A stretch of 64,000 nucleotides of DNA from Raja brachyura (lineage: Eukaryota). A model generated the notes under the pieces. It saw nothing but the letters and a program-made list of their open reading frames with translations, ran no database searches and was not told the origin of the DNA. The position numbers were made by a program, and so were the translations under genes. The stretch is from assembly GCA_963514005.1 (NCBI GenBank), contig OY740782.1:150350001-150414000 (forward strand), read 5' to 3'. Of the stretch, positions 50,995 through 64,000 are shown one piece after another (position 1 is the first letter of the stretch; every line of letters starts with the position of its first letter).

Positions 50995-53900
50995 AGGAAT
51001 TATTTCACCCGTGTCTGCCTTCAAGGGACCCACATTTGCCTTTGCTACTCTTTTTCCCTTAACATATCTAAAGAAGCTTTTACTGTCCTTCTTTATATTC
51101 CTGGCCAGCTTCCCCTCGTACTTCATCTTTTCAGCCCGTATTGCCCGTTTTGTTTCCTTCTGTTGTCCTATGAAAGTTTCCCAATCCTCCGGCTTCCGGC
51201 TACTCTTTGCTGTGTTATACATCTTTTCTTTTAGTTTTATTCTATCCCTAACTTCTCTTGTCAGCCACGGTTGCCTCCTACTCCCCTTAGAATCTTTCTT
51301 CCTTTTTGGAATGAAATGATCCTGCGTCTTCCGGATTATGCCCAGAAATTCCTGCCATTGCTGTTCCACCGTCATTCCTGCTAGGATCCCTTTCCAGTCT
51401 ACTTTGGCCAGCTCCCCTCTCATGCCTTCATAGTCCCCTTTGTTCAACTGCATCACTGCCACTTTGGATTTAACGTTCTCCTTCTCAAATTGCAGGTTAA
51501 AACTAATCATATTATGATCACTACCTCCAAGCGGTTCCTTTACCTTGAGTTCTCGTATCATATCTGGTTCATTGGAAAACACTAAATCCAGAATTGCCTT
51601 TTCTCTGGTCGGCTCGATTACAAGCTGCTCTAAGAATCCATCTCGGAGGCATTCTACAAACTCTCTTTCTTGGGGTACTGAACCAACCTGATTTTCCCAG
51701 TCTACCTGCATATTGAAATCCCCCATCACCACAGTGGCATTACCTTTGTTACATGCCAGTTTTAACTCCTGCTGCAACTTACACCCTACATCTGGGCTGC
51801 TATTTGGGGGTCTGTAAATAACACCAATTAGTGTCTTCTTGCCTTTACAATTCCCTTTCAACGTGAAGTCCTTCTGCAGAGTCCCTGCTTTCTCTACATT
51901 ACCTGCCCCTCCACATATTTTCATTCCATCCGTGAACCTGGCCACAAAACCCTCATTCCCTTCTCTAAATCATTAATATACAACATGAAGAAGAGCGGCC
52001 CCAGCACCAACCCCTGTGGAACTTCGCTAGTTACTGGCAACCTACCAGATAAAGCCACATTTATTGCCACCCTTTGTCTTCTCCCATACCGCAAACCTCC
52101 TACTACCAAGATGCACAACTCCACAAGTTGCTACACTCTATTCCATCTGCCACTTCACTGCCTACTCTCCTATCCTGTCCAAGTCCTTCTGCAGAGTCCC
52201 TGCTTTCTCCACACTGCCTGCCCCTCCATCTATTTTCGTATAATATCTAATCTTGGCCACAAAACCTTCAATCCCCTCATTCAAATCATTAATATACAAC
52301 GTGAAGAGGAGCGGCCCCCAGCACCGACCCCGAGGAACTCCGCTGGTCACTGGCAACGATTTTGGTTGGGAGTCATCTCCCAACCCCAATCGCCTGCCTT
52401 CTCCCCATAACTCCTTACATCCGTACTAATCGAGAATCTATCAATCTCTTCCTAAATATATCCATTCACTTGGCCTCCACAGCCTTAAGTGGCAAGGCAT
52501 TCCACAGATGATCCACCCTGTAACTTACTAAAACCCTTCTCGTCTCCTTCCTCAAAGAACGTCCTTTAATTCTGAAGCTAGGACGTCTGTTCGTAAACTC
52601 TCCCACTAGTGGAAATATCTTCTCTCCATCAAATCTATCCAAGCCTTTCACTATTCGGCAACTTTCAATAGCCCCCTCCTACACACACACATCCTTCTAA
52701 ACACCAATGAGTACAGGCTCAGAGCCGTCAAACTATCATCATTTTTATAACCCACTCATTCCCGGCATCATTCATGTAAACCTCCTGTGGACCTTCTCCA
52801 TAGCCACCACATCCTTCCTCCGATATGGGGCCCGGAATTCCTCTAAATGTGGCCTGACCAGCGCCTTATCGACCCTCAGCATTACATCGCTGCTTTTGTA
52901 TTCTAGTCCTCTTGAAATAAATGTAGCAGAGTCCCTGTTTTCTCTACACTAGCTGCCCCTGTAAATATTTCCGTATAATCTGCAAACTTGGCCACAAATC
53001 CTTCCATCCCCTCATCCAAATCATTGATATACAATGTGAAGAGTAGTGGCCCCAACACCGATCGCTGCGGAACTCCGCTAGTCACTGGCAGCCAACCAAA
53101 GAAAACTCTTTATTCCACTCATTGCCTTCTGCCATCCAGCCAAACTGCTCTCCATGCTACTATCTCCCCTTTGATACCACAAACACTCGTCTTCCTTCGC
53201 AGTCTCGCCTGTGACACTTTATCAAAGTCCTTCTGAAAATCTAGGTAAACACCATTCACTGACTTTCCGTTTCAAAGAATTCCAGCAGATACGTCAGGCA
53301 AGATCTCCCCTTCACAAACCCATGCTGACTTTGGCCTATTTTGTCATGAACTCCGTAACCTCATCCTTTATAATGGACTCTTATAAAATCTTCTCATCCT
53401 TTATACAATCTTACCAAGCAGTGACGTCAGACTGACCGGCTTAACGTTTGCACCATTCTGCTTTGCTCCCTTCTTGTACAGCAGAGTACTATTGGCAATT
53501 TACCAATCATCCGGAACCGCTCCTGACTCTACTGACTCTTGAAATATCACTATTCATGCCCCCACAACCTTTAAAGCCACCTCTTTCAGAACCTTGGCTG
53601 CACTCCATCTGGCCCAGGTAACCTATTCACCTTCAGATCTTTCACTTTCCCAAGCATATTCTTACTAATAGCCACTTGACTAACTTCCACCTCCTGACTC
53701 TCTTGAATGTCAGGAATGTTCTGTGGTCTCCCAGTGTGAAGACTGATGCAAAAAAAGTTATTCATTCTTCTGCCATTTCTTTATTCCCCATTATCACGTC
53801 TCCTCCACTATTCCAGCGGTCCAAAGTCCACTCTTGATTCTTTCTTACTCTTTATATATCTGAAGAAACTCTTGCCATCCTATTTTATATTATTGGCAAT

Positions 53901-54070
53901 CTTACCTTTGTATTTCACCTTTTCCCCCCATCTTGCCTTTTTATTTATCTTCTGTTGTTCTTTAAAAGCTCCCCAATCCTCTGGCTTCCCACTAATCTTT
54001 GCAATGTTATCTACCTTCTATTTTGGTTTTATTCTGCCCTTGACTTCCCTTGTCAGCCACAGTCGCCCCA
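50995..54070 (-). mobile_element. Mosaic of CR1 fragments of different ages
   Basis: ORF 50965-51945 endonuclease (IGVIYRPPNS, MGDFN, SDHNM); several GVPQ/LYINDL RT pieces. Confidence 0.88.
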
Positions 54071-54282
54071 TTCTAATATGTGCATTATTATTATTGTGGC
54101 AGTTTTTGTGCTAGATTAGAGTATTTTTCTTTCAGGTATGCCAGACGTGTTCAATGTTTAAATCGCAGCTCCCTAACCTCATGTTGTATATCCCTTTCAA
54201 CAACAATCTAATATGTGCCTGTCCGTTGATATGACTGAGAAATAATGTGGTCACACCATTAAAATTATCTATAGATCACCGA

Positions 54283-57200
54283 TACAGTTATAATGGGTGG
54301 CTTCAATCTACATATAGATTGGGTGAATCAAATTGGCAGTGGTGCTGAGGAAGAGGATTTCTTGGAATGTATGCGGAATAGTTTTCCAAACCAACATGTA
54401 GAGGAACCAACGAGAGAGCAGGCTATTCTCGACTGGGTATTGAGTAATGAGGAAGGGTTAGTTAACAGCCTTGTTGTGCGTGGCCCCTTGGGCAAGAGTG
54501 ACCATAATATGGTTGAGTTCTTCATTAGGATGGAGAGTGACATAATTAATTCAGAAACAAGGGTTCTGAACTTAAAGAAAGGTAACTTTGAGGGTATGAG
54601 ACGTGAATTGGCCAAGATAGACTGGCAATTGATTCCTAAAGGGTTGATAGTGGGTAGGCAATGGAAGGCATTTAAAGACTGCATGGATGTACTACAAAAA
54701 TTGTTCATCCCAGTTTGGCAAAAGAATTAATCAGGGAAGGTAGTACATCCGTGGATAACAGGGGAAATCAGGGATAGTATCAAAGCAAAAGATTTAAAAA
54801 ACCTTTTTTTTTTCAATTTAATTTATTTATTAGTAGTAAGTACATTACATTTTAATGGTACCTTTTTACAGGTTCCCAGAATTATTCAAACATTCTCTGT
54901 ACAACTTCCTTTTTTTTTTAGAAAGAAATGAGAAAGAAAGAAGTATCGAAGAGTAAAGAATAGTCTAGTGAGTGTAGTGTAGAGAAAGAGATAAGTGAGC
55001 AAGTGAAGCAGAAAGGAGATTCTCGCTCGCCACAAGTCGATGTATATTTTTTTGTTCTTAATCATTTTTCACTCAAACCCAGAATGTTTAATTTGACGAT
55101 GTTATTACACCCCATGAATCCATAAGATCAATAAATGGAGACCAACTCATTAAGAATTGGTCTTTTTTTTCTATTAGGGGGAGTCTAATTTCTTCCAAAT
55201 GGGCCGTTTCCAACATATTACCAATCCACATTTTGAGTGTTGGTATAGTAGCCTTTTTCCAGAATTTGCGTATGAGTTTTTTCACTATTAATAAACCATA
55301 ATTAATAAATGAGATTTGGGATATATTTAATTTGTTTCCATCTCCTAATACTCCAAATATATTCATTTCCATGCTAGGTTCCATTTTTATCTTAAATAAA
55401 CTAGTGAAAATATCAAATATATCACACCAAAATCTTGTGCAAGAAATGAAAGAATGTGTGAAGTTGGCATTTTGAGAAAGGCATTTATCACAGATGGGAG
55501 AAATATTTGAATAAAATTTATTCAACCTAACTTTTGAATACTATAATCTATGTAATATTTTAAATTGAATTCAATTATGTCTAGTGTTAATCGAACATTT
55601 ATGTATATATATCAAATACCTCTCCCATGTTTCTTTAGAAATTGTTATCATTAAATCTTTTTCCCAGTCGGGAGAAATTCAGAGTGCAGCAGAAGAGGAC
55701 AAAGGGATTAATTAGGGAAGGGAAAATAGATTATGAAAGAAAACTGGCAGGGAACATAAAAACTGACTGCAAAAGTTTTTACAGATATGTGAAGAGAAAA
55801 AGATTAGTTAAAACAAATGTAGGTCCCTTGCAGTCAGAAACAGGTGATGGTGATGATCAAGGACATGGCAGACCAATTGAATAACTACTTTGGTTCTGTC
55901 TTCACTAAGAGAGACATAAATAATCTGCCGAAAATAGCAGGGGACCGGGGGTCAAATGAGATGGAACTGAGTGAAATCCAGGTTAGCCGGGAAGTGGTGT
56001 TAGGTAAATTGAATGGATTAGCCGATAAATCCCTAGGGCCAGATAGGCTGCATCCCAGAGTACTTAATGAAGTAGCCCCAGTAATAGTGGATGCATTAGT
56101 GATCATTTTTCAAAACTCTTTAGTTTCTGGAGTAGTACCTGAGGATTGGAGGGTAGCTAATGTAACCCCACTTTTTAAAAAGGGAGGGAGAGAGAAAACG
56201 GGGAATTGCATCGGTAGTTGGGAAACTGCTAGAGTCAGTTATTAAAGATGAAATAGCAGCACATTTGGAAAGTGGTGACATCATTGGACAAAGTCAGCAT
56301 GGATTTATGAAAGGTAAATCATGTCTGACAAATCTTATAGAATTTTTCGAGGATGTAACTAGTAGAGTGGATAAGGGAGAACCAGTGGATGTGTTATATC
56401 TGGACTTTCAGAAGGCTTTCGACAAGGTCCCACATAAGAGATTAGTATGCAAACTTAAAGCACACGGTATTGGGGTTTCAGTATTGATGTAGATAGAGAA
56501 CTGGCTGGTAGACAGGAAGCAAGAGTAGGAGTAACCGGGTCCTTTTCAGAATGGCAGGCAGTGACTAGTGGGGTACCGCAAGGCTCAGTGCTGGGACCGC
56601 AGCTATTTACAATATATATTAATGATTTGGACGAGAGAATTGAATGCAACATGTCCAAGTTTGCAGATGACACGAAGCTGGTGGGCAGTGCTAGCTGTGA
56701 GGAGGATGCTAGGAGGCTGCAAGGTGACGGATAGGTTGGTGAGTGGGCAAATGCATGGCAGATGCAGTATAATGTGGATAGATGTGAGGTTATCCACTTT
56801 GGTGGCAAAAACAGGAAAGTAGACTATTGTTTGAATGGTGGCCGATTAGGAAAATGGGAGATGCAACGAGACCTGGGTGTCATGGTACACCAGTCATTGA
56901 AAGTAGGGATGGAGATGCAGCAGGCAGTGAAGAAAGCGAATGGTATGTTAGCATTCATAGCAAAATAATTTGAGTATAGGAACAGGGTTGTTCTACTGCA
57001 GTTGTCCAGGGTCTTGGTGACACCACGCCTGGAGTATTGAATTCAGTTTTGGTCTCCTAATCTGAGGAAATACATTCTTGCCATAGAGGGAATACAGACA
57101 AGGTTCACCAGAATGATTCCTGGGATGTCAGGACTTTCATATGAAGAAAGACTAGATAGACTCGGCTTGTACTCGCTAGAATTTAGAAGATTGAGGGGGG

Positions 57201-57542
57201 ATCTTATAGAAACTTCCAAAATTCTTAAGGGGTTGGACAGGCTAGATGCAGGAAGATTGTTCCCGATGTTGGGGAAGTCCAGGACAAGGGGTCACAGTTT
57301 AAGGATAAGAGAGTGGTGAATCTCTGGAATTCTCTCCCACATTAGGTAGTTGAGGCCAGTTCATTGGCTATATTTAAGAGGGAGTTAGATGTGGCCCTTG
57401 TGGTTAAGGGGATCAGATGGTATGGAGAGTAGGCAGGTACGGGATACTGAGTTGGATGATCAGCCATGATCATATTGAATAGCGGTGCAGGCTCGAAGGG
57501 CCGAATGGCCTGCTCCTGCACCTAATTTCTATGTTTCTATGT
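54283..57542 (+). mobile_element. CR1 ORF2 (EN to tail) interrupted by an antisense L1
   Basis: ORFs 54293-54730, 55844-56245, 56265-56492 and 57113-57319. Confidence 0.93.
54803..55655 (-). mobile_element. L1-clade 3' end with CCHC-like knuckle and poly(A) tail
   Basis: SPICDKCLSQNANFTHSFISC...FW...; AATAAA plus A-run at ~54803-54830 on minus. Confidence 0.88.
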
Positions 57543-57680
57543 TACCTGCACTTTGGTCAATGTGAGTTGTTTTTAAATGTGCTATAGAAATAAAATTGAC
57601 TTGACTTGCGATTTTAGCTTAATACGAGCATTAGGACCCTGCGTACTCTTTGCATCTCGTGCAACAAGGGGCGTTTCCAT
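57543..57680 (+). repeat. Direct repeat of 63863-64000
   Basis: 138 bp with one visible mismatch; includes the L2 tail and non-L2 flank. Confidence 0.93.
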
Positions 57681-58279
57681 TCAGTGTTACCCAGAGGGAG
57701 CCTGCATCTGCTGCCATCTCGTGGTGCATATTTTTATTGCAGATTTTTGATTTAGATTGAATTTCGAACATTACCTGCGACCAGAGGATGGTGCTATGAC
57801 CACTCGGTTGCCACTGATACAGATATTTTTTTCGTTAGCATAGTTTAGCTTCCTTTATTGTCACGTTTACAGAGGAATAGTGAAAAGCTTTTGTTGCGTG
57901 CTAACTATTCAGCGGAAAGGTTATACATAACTACCATCTAGCCATCCACAGAGTACAGATATGTGATAAAGAGAATGATGTTTGGTGCATGATAAAGCCC
58001 AGTAAACTCCACTTAAATATAGTCCAAGGGTCCCCAATAAGGGAGAGAGTAGCTCAGGCCCACACTCTCGTTGCTGATAAAATCATTCAGTTCCCTGATA
58101 ACAGACGGAAATAAATTGTTCCTGAATCTGGAGTCTTGCGTTTTCACACTTCTCTACCTCTTGCCTGATGGGGGAGGGGAGACGATATGTCGCCATACAT
58201 TTTAATTCATATTGATTATACCGGATCACGTGTTACCTCGCAATTGTATCTACAACTTCATTGCAAAGGGACCTTGATG

Positions 58280-58960
58280 TGCTGCTGCAACATTCCCAAA
58301 ATGTTAATTTGCAGGTCGGGTCCATAGTCGGAAAGGCAGATGCTATGCGAGCATTCATTTAGAGAGGACTAGAATATAAAAGCAAGGATACGTTGCTGAG
58401 TTTTTCAAAGACACTGGTCAGGCCACATTTGGAATATTGTGAACAGTACTGGGTCCCATATCTGAGGAGGAGTGTGCTGGCGTTGGAGAGGATCCAGAGG
58501 AGGTTTGGGAGAATAATCCCGGGGATAACGGGGTTAATGTATGAGACGCGTTTGATGGCTTTGGGCCTGTACTTGCTGTAATGTGGAAGGATGAGGGGAG
58601 ATCTAATAGAAACCTGCCGAACAATGGAAAGCCCAGATATAGTGAAGATAGATACAAAATGCCGGGGTAACTCAGCGGGACAGGCAGCATCTCTAGAGAA
58701 AAGGAATGGGTGATGTTTCAGGATGAGACATTTCTTCAGACTGATGTCAGGGGAGTGGGCGGTGCATAGATCAGCAAGTGTAAAGATAAGGAAGTGCAAG
58801 GTGTGAAAATAAGACAGCGAATGGAAATCAAGGAAAATGTGGAATTTTATGTTAGTTGGGGAATGTAATAACAAACCAAACAGATATAAAATGTAGTCGG
58901 AGACAATAAGACTGGTAGGTGAACTGGGGATGGAGATAGAGGGAAAAGCAAGTGCAGACC
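58280..58960. mobile_element. Old CR1 fragment (+) followed by a Penelope pLTR (-)
   Basis: VRPHLEYCEQYW; reverse complement of the pLTR repeat from ~58645. Confidence 0.75.
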
Positions 58961-60545
58961 CCGTTCTTCAAAAGGCGCAGAAAGATCGAGGAAGTTCTGC
59001 AGAACAAAGATTCTACAGCTCAGCTATAGGATCTTTGTTCTGCAGATCTCGGGATCAGCGGCACCGAGGGGGAAGAGAGAGGGGGGAGAAAGGGGGGAAG
59101 AGGGGGGGATGGGGGAGGTGGGGAGAAAGCTGTGGGAGTTCCACAAGGCTCCATCCTAGGCCCCATTCTCTTCTCTCTGTATATGCTCCCCTTAGGCCAC
59201 GTCATTCAAAGGCACGGCATTTCCTTCCACTGCTATGCAGGCGATACACAGCTCTATCTCCCCCTGAAACCCAACAACCGATCAAATCTACTCAACCTTA
59301 TGCACTGCCTCGAGGATATAAAGTGCTGGATGACCCAGAACTTCCTGCAACTAAACGAGAGCAAGTCTGAGGTCATCCTACTCAAGTTCAAGTTCATGTT
59401 CAAGACAGTTTATTGTCATGTGTCCCAGATAGGACAATGAAATTCTTGCTTTGCTTCAGCACACCAGAACATAGTTGGCATGAATACAGAACAGATCAGT
59501 GTGTCCATATACCATTATATAAATATATACACACATGAATAAATAAACTGATCAAGTGCAATAAAGCAGATAATGGGCTATTAATGTTCAGAGTTTTGTC
59601 CGAGCCGAGTTTAATAGCCTGATGGCTGTGGGGAAGTAGCTATTCCAGAACCTGGTCGTTGCAGTCTTCAGGCTCCTGTACCTTCTACCTGAAGGTAGCG
59701 GGGAGATGAGTGTGTGGCCAGGATGGTGTGGGTCCTTGATGATGCTGCCAGCCTTTTTGAGGCAGCGACTGCGATAGATCCCCTCGATGGTGGGGAGGTC
59801 AGAGCAGATGATGGACTGGGTAGTGTTTACTACTTTTTGTAGTCTTTTCCTCTCCAGGGCGCTCAAGTTGCCGAACCAAGCCACAAAGCAACCAGTCAGC
59901 AAGCTCTCTACTGTACACCTGTAGACGTTGGGGAGAGTCCTCTTTGACAGACCGACTCTCCGTAATCTTCTCAGGAAGTAGAGGCGCTGATGAGCTTTCT
60001 TTATAATTGCATCAGTGTTCTCGGACCAGGAAAGATCTTCAGAGATATGCACGCCCAGGAATTTGAAGCTCTTAACCCTTTCCACCATCGACCCATTGAT
60101 ATAAACGGGACTGTGGGTCCCCATCCTACCCCTTCCAAAGTCCACAATCAGATCCTAGGTGTTGAGGCCCAGGTTATTGTGCTGGCACCATTTGGTCAAT
60201 CGGTCGATCTCACTTCTATACTCTGACTCGTCCCCATCAGTGATACGTCCCACAACAGTGGTATCGTCAGCGAACTTGATGATGGAGTTCGCACTATGAT
60301 CGGCTATGCAGTCACGAGTATAGAGTGAGTACAGCTGGGGGCTAAGCACGCAGCCTTGAGGTGCTCCCGTGCTGATTGTTATCGAGCCTGACACATTTCC
60401 ACCTATACGGACTGTGAATGAGGATGTTGAGGATCCAATTGCAGACGGATGCGCAGCGACGCAGTTCTGCCAGTTTGGTAACCAGCTTGGAGGGGATGAT
60501 TGTATTAAATGCCGAGCTGTAACCAATGAATAACAGCCTGACATA

Positions 60546-62160
60546 CAGTGGCTTGCAAAAGTTTTCATACCCCTTGAACTTTTCCACATTTTGTCACGTT
60601 ACAACCACAAACGTAAATGTATTTTATTGGGATTTTATGTGATAGACCAACACAAAGTGGAGCATAATTGTGAAGTGGAAGGAAAATGATACATGGTTTT
60701 CAAATTTTTTTACAAATAAAAAACTGAAAAGTGCGGAGTGCAAAGGTATTCAGCCCCCTTTACTCTGATACCCCTAAATTAAATCCAGTGCAACCAATTG
60801 CCTTCAGAAGTCACCTAATTAGTAAATAGAGTCCACTTGTGTGTGATCTAATCTCAGTATAAATACAGCTGTTCTGTGAAGGCCTCAGAGGTTTGTTAGA
60901 GGACATTAGTGAACAAACAGCATCATGAAGCCAAAGGAACACACCAGACATGTCAGGGATAAAGTTGTGGAGAAGTTTAAAGCAGGGTTAGGTTATAAAA
61001 AATATCCCAAGCTTTGAACATCTCACGGAGCACTGTTCAATCCATCATCCAAAAATGGAAAGAGTATGGCACAACTGCAAACCTACCAAGACATGGCCGT
61101 CCACCGAAACTGACAGGCCGGGCAAGGAGAGCATTGATCAGAGTAGCAGCCAAGAGGCCCATGGTAACTCTGGAGGAGCTGCAGAGGTCCACAGCTCAGG
61201 TGGGAGAATCTGTCCACAGGACAACAATTAGTCGTGCACTCCACAAATCGGGCCTTTATGGAAGAGTGGCAAGAAGAAAGCCATTGTTGAAACAAAGCCA
61301 TAAGAAGTCACGTTTGCAGTTTGCCACAAGCCATGTGGGGGACACAGCAAACATGTGGAGGAAGGTGTTCTGCTCTGAGGAGACCAAAATTGATGTTTTT
61401 GGCCTAAATGCAAAACGCTATGTGTGGCGGAAAACTAACACTGCACATCACCCTGAACACACCATCCCCACTGTGAAACATGGTGGTGGCAGCATCATGC
61501 TGTGGGGTTGCTTTTCTTCAGCAGGGACAGGGAAGCTGGTCAGAGTTGATGAGAAGATGGATGGAGCCAATACAGGGCAATCTTGGAAGAAAACCTGTTA
61601 GAGTCCGCAAAGGACTTGAGACTGCGGCAAAGGTTCACCTTCCAGCAGGACAACGACCCTAAACATACAGCCAGAGTTACAATGGAATGGTTTACATCAA
61701 AGTTTATTCATGTGTTAGAAAGGCCCAGTCAAAGTCCAGACCTAAATCCAATTGAGAATCTCCGGCAAGACGTGAAAATTGCTGTTCACAGACGCTCTCT
61801 ATCCAATCTGACTGAGCTTGAGCAATTTTGCAAAGAAGAATGGGCAAACATTTCAGTCTCTAGATGTGCAAAGCTGGTAGAGACATACCCCAAAAGACTT
61901 GCAGCTGTAATTGCAGCGAAAGGTGGTTCTACAAAGTATTGACTCAGGGGGGCTGAATACTTTTGCATGCCACAGTTTTCAGTTTTTTATTTGTAATAAA
62001 ATTTGGAAACCATGTATCATTTACCTTCCACTTCACAATTATGCACCACTTTGTGTTGGCCTATCACATAAAATCCCAATAAAATACATATACATTTGTG
62101 GTTGTAACGTGACAAAATGTGGAAAAGTTCAAGGGGTATGAAAACTTTTGCAAGCCACTG
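60546..62160 (+). mobile_element. Full-length Tc1/mariner transposon (1615 bp, ~210-bp TIRs)
   Basis: TIR CAGTGGCTTGCAAAAGTTTTCATACCCCTTGAAC... at both ends; TA on the left, TG (mutated TA) on the right. Confidence 0.97.
60925..61942 (+). pseudogene. Tc1 DD34E transposase pseudogene
   Basis: MKPKEHTRHVRDKVV...GRPPKL...KHGGGSIMLWGCF...FQQDNDPKH...SPDLNPIENL...GGSTKY; two frameshifts (~61000, ~61570); WSDE mutated to CSEE. Confidence 0.95.
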
Positions 62161-64000
62161 TGTGAGTTTTTGTTGTCGAAGTGGTCCAGAGCGGAGTGGA
62201 GAGCCAGCGAGATCGCATCCACCGTTGATCTGTTGTGGCGGTAAGTGAACTGCAGTGGGTCCAGGTTTTTGTCGAGGTAGGAGTTGATTTGCGCCATGAT
62301 CAACCTCTCAAAGCACTCAATCACCACCGACGTTAGTGCCACTGGTTGATAGTCATTGAGACACGTCACCTTGGTCTTCTTGGGCACCGGTATTGTTGAT
62401 GTCCTTTTAAAGCAGGTGGGAACCTCAGACCTCAGAAGCGAGAGGTTGAAAATGTCTGTAAAACTCCAGCCAGTTGGTCCGCACAGGTTTTTAGAACACG
62501 ACCTGGTATACCATCAGGTCCATGCGCTTTTCAAGGTTTCACCCCTCTGAAGGATTTTCTGATGTCGGCCTCTGTGACTGTGACTGAAATACCATCACAG
62601 CGAATGGGGGCTCGAGAAGGCACATCAGTGTTTTTCCTATCAAAGCGTGCGTAAAACGCATTGAGCTTGTCAGGGAGTGATGCTACGCCGACATTCGAGC
62701 TGCCTCCTGATCTCGCCTTGTAGGAGGTGATTGCATTCAGGCCCCGCCACAGCTGCCGAACATCTGTCTCATCCTCCAGTGTGGAGCAGAAGTCCCTTTT
62801 GGCCTTTTTGATGGCCTTACCAAGGTTGTATCTGGACTTCTTGTAGACCACTGTATCATCAGATATGAATGCCCGGTGTCTGGTCTTCAGAAGAGTGCGG
62901 ATCTCAAAGTTCATCCAAGGCTTCTGATTGGGAAACACTTGGACATTTTTTATTGGGATGCAGTCCTCCACACATATCTTTAGGAAGTCAGTAACGACTG
63001 CGGCGTATTCATTCAGATCCGTTGCCGAGTCCCTGATCAATGTCCAGTCTACAGACTGCCCCCCCCCCCCCCCCCCCCCGACCAGCTCTGTACAGTCCTC
63101 ACCTCCGGGGGTACGCTCTTCAATTACTGCCTCGGACTCCATCAAAACGAGGAAGCCTAACGTCCTTCCTAAACCGCACGTCAAAAACCTTGGTGTGATA
63201 TTTGACTCCGCTTTGAAGTTTGACAAACAAGTCAATGCTGTGGTAAAAGCTAGCTTCTTCCAGCTTCGCACGATAGCTAAAATCAAACCATTCCTCCAAT
63301 TCAACGACCTTGAAAAGATCATCCACGCATTTATCTCCTCCCGCCTTGATTACTGCAACTCCCTTTACACTGGCATTAGCCAATCATCCCTGTCCCGCCT
63401 GCAATTGGTCCAAAATGCCGCAGCGAGACTCCTGACGGGCACCCGTAAAAGGGACCACATCACCCCGATTCTGGCCTCTCTTCACTGGCTCCCAGTATGG
63501 TACAGAATCAATTTCAAGCTCCTCCTATATGTATACAAAGCCCTTACCGGGCTTGCCCCCACCTATATCAAAAACCTGCTAACCCACCATTCTACCTCCA
63601 GGTCCCTCAGGTCAGCCGACTTGGGGTTACTGACTATCCTGCGGTCCAGGTTTAAGCTCAGGGGCGACCGCGCTTTTGCAGTTGCAGCGCCTAGACTGTG
63701 GAACAACATCCCTCTCCTCATCAGAACTGCCCCCTCCATCGACTCCTTTAAGTCGTCACTTAAAACTTATTTCTACTCTCAAGCCTTTCTTGAGGGAGCG
63801 CTGTATGTATGTATTTATGTATGTATTGTTAGATCTATGTACCATTGTATGTAGCACATTAGTACCTGCACTTTGGTCAACGTGAGTTGTTTTTAAATGT
63901 GCTATAGAAATAAAATTGACTTGACTTGCGATTTTAGCTTAATACGAGCATTAGGACCCTGCGTACTCTTTGCATCTCGTGCAACAAGGGGCGTTTCCAT

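Larger units (their letters stand above)
59384..63060 (-). mobile_element. Rex1/Babar LINE split by the Tc1 insertion
   Basis: FPNQKPWMN, LNDYQPVALTS, DPLQFTYRHNRS, GAPQGCVLSP, KFADDTTVVG; reading frame DNKNS|YVRLLF is continuous across the Tc1. Confidence 0.93.
59130..63928 (+). mobile_element. L2 LINE 3' half split into 59130-59383 and ~63125-63928
   Basis: [17 protein letters not shown]...[15 protein letters not shown] continues as DSI...VKNLGVIFDS...SRLDYCNSL...LQLVQNAAARLL...HITPILASLHWLP; (GACTT)n tail. Confidence 0.93.

Overview
Eukaryotic, repeat-rich genomic DNA from a cartilaginous fish. A skate/ray is inferred from the IgM CH1 and VH sequences as I recall them. The first 13.6 kb hold one complete, apparently intact immunoglobulin mu heavy-chain cluster on the minus strand: leader - VH - DH - JH - CH1 - CH2 - CH3 - CH4/secretory tail - TM1 - TM2, with all recombination signals and splice sites identifiable. 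Only one free D segment (12/12 RSS) is present. The V ends in six extra D1-like bases followed by a 22-bp-spacer RSS, which suggests a germline-joined VD1-D2-J cluster. The J-CH1 intron contains a diverged ~170-bp inverted repeat with an octamer in each arm and a possible decayed second J. The TM1 donor is non-canonical (GC). From 14 kb to 64 kb the window is mostly decayed transposons: CR1, L1, L2, Rex1/Babar, Penelope with hammerhead-like motifs, a V-SINE, a hAT MITE and a full-length Tc1. It also holds a local tandem duplication and an orphan CpG island that points toward the Ig cluster. No other protein-coding gene could be supported, and no wholly new gene system is evident. The most novel candidates concern how the Ig cluster is arranged and regulated.
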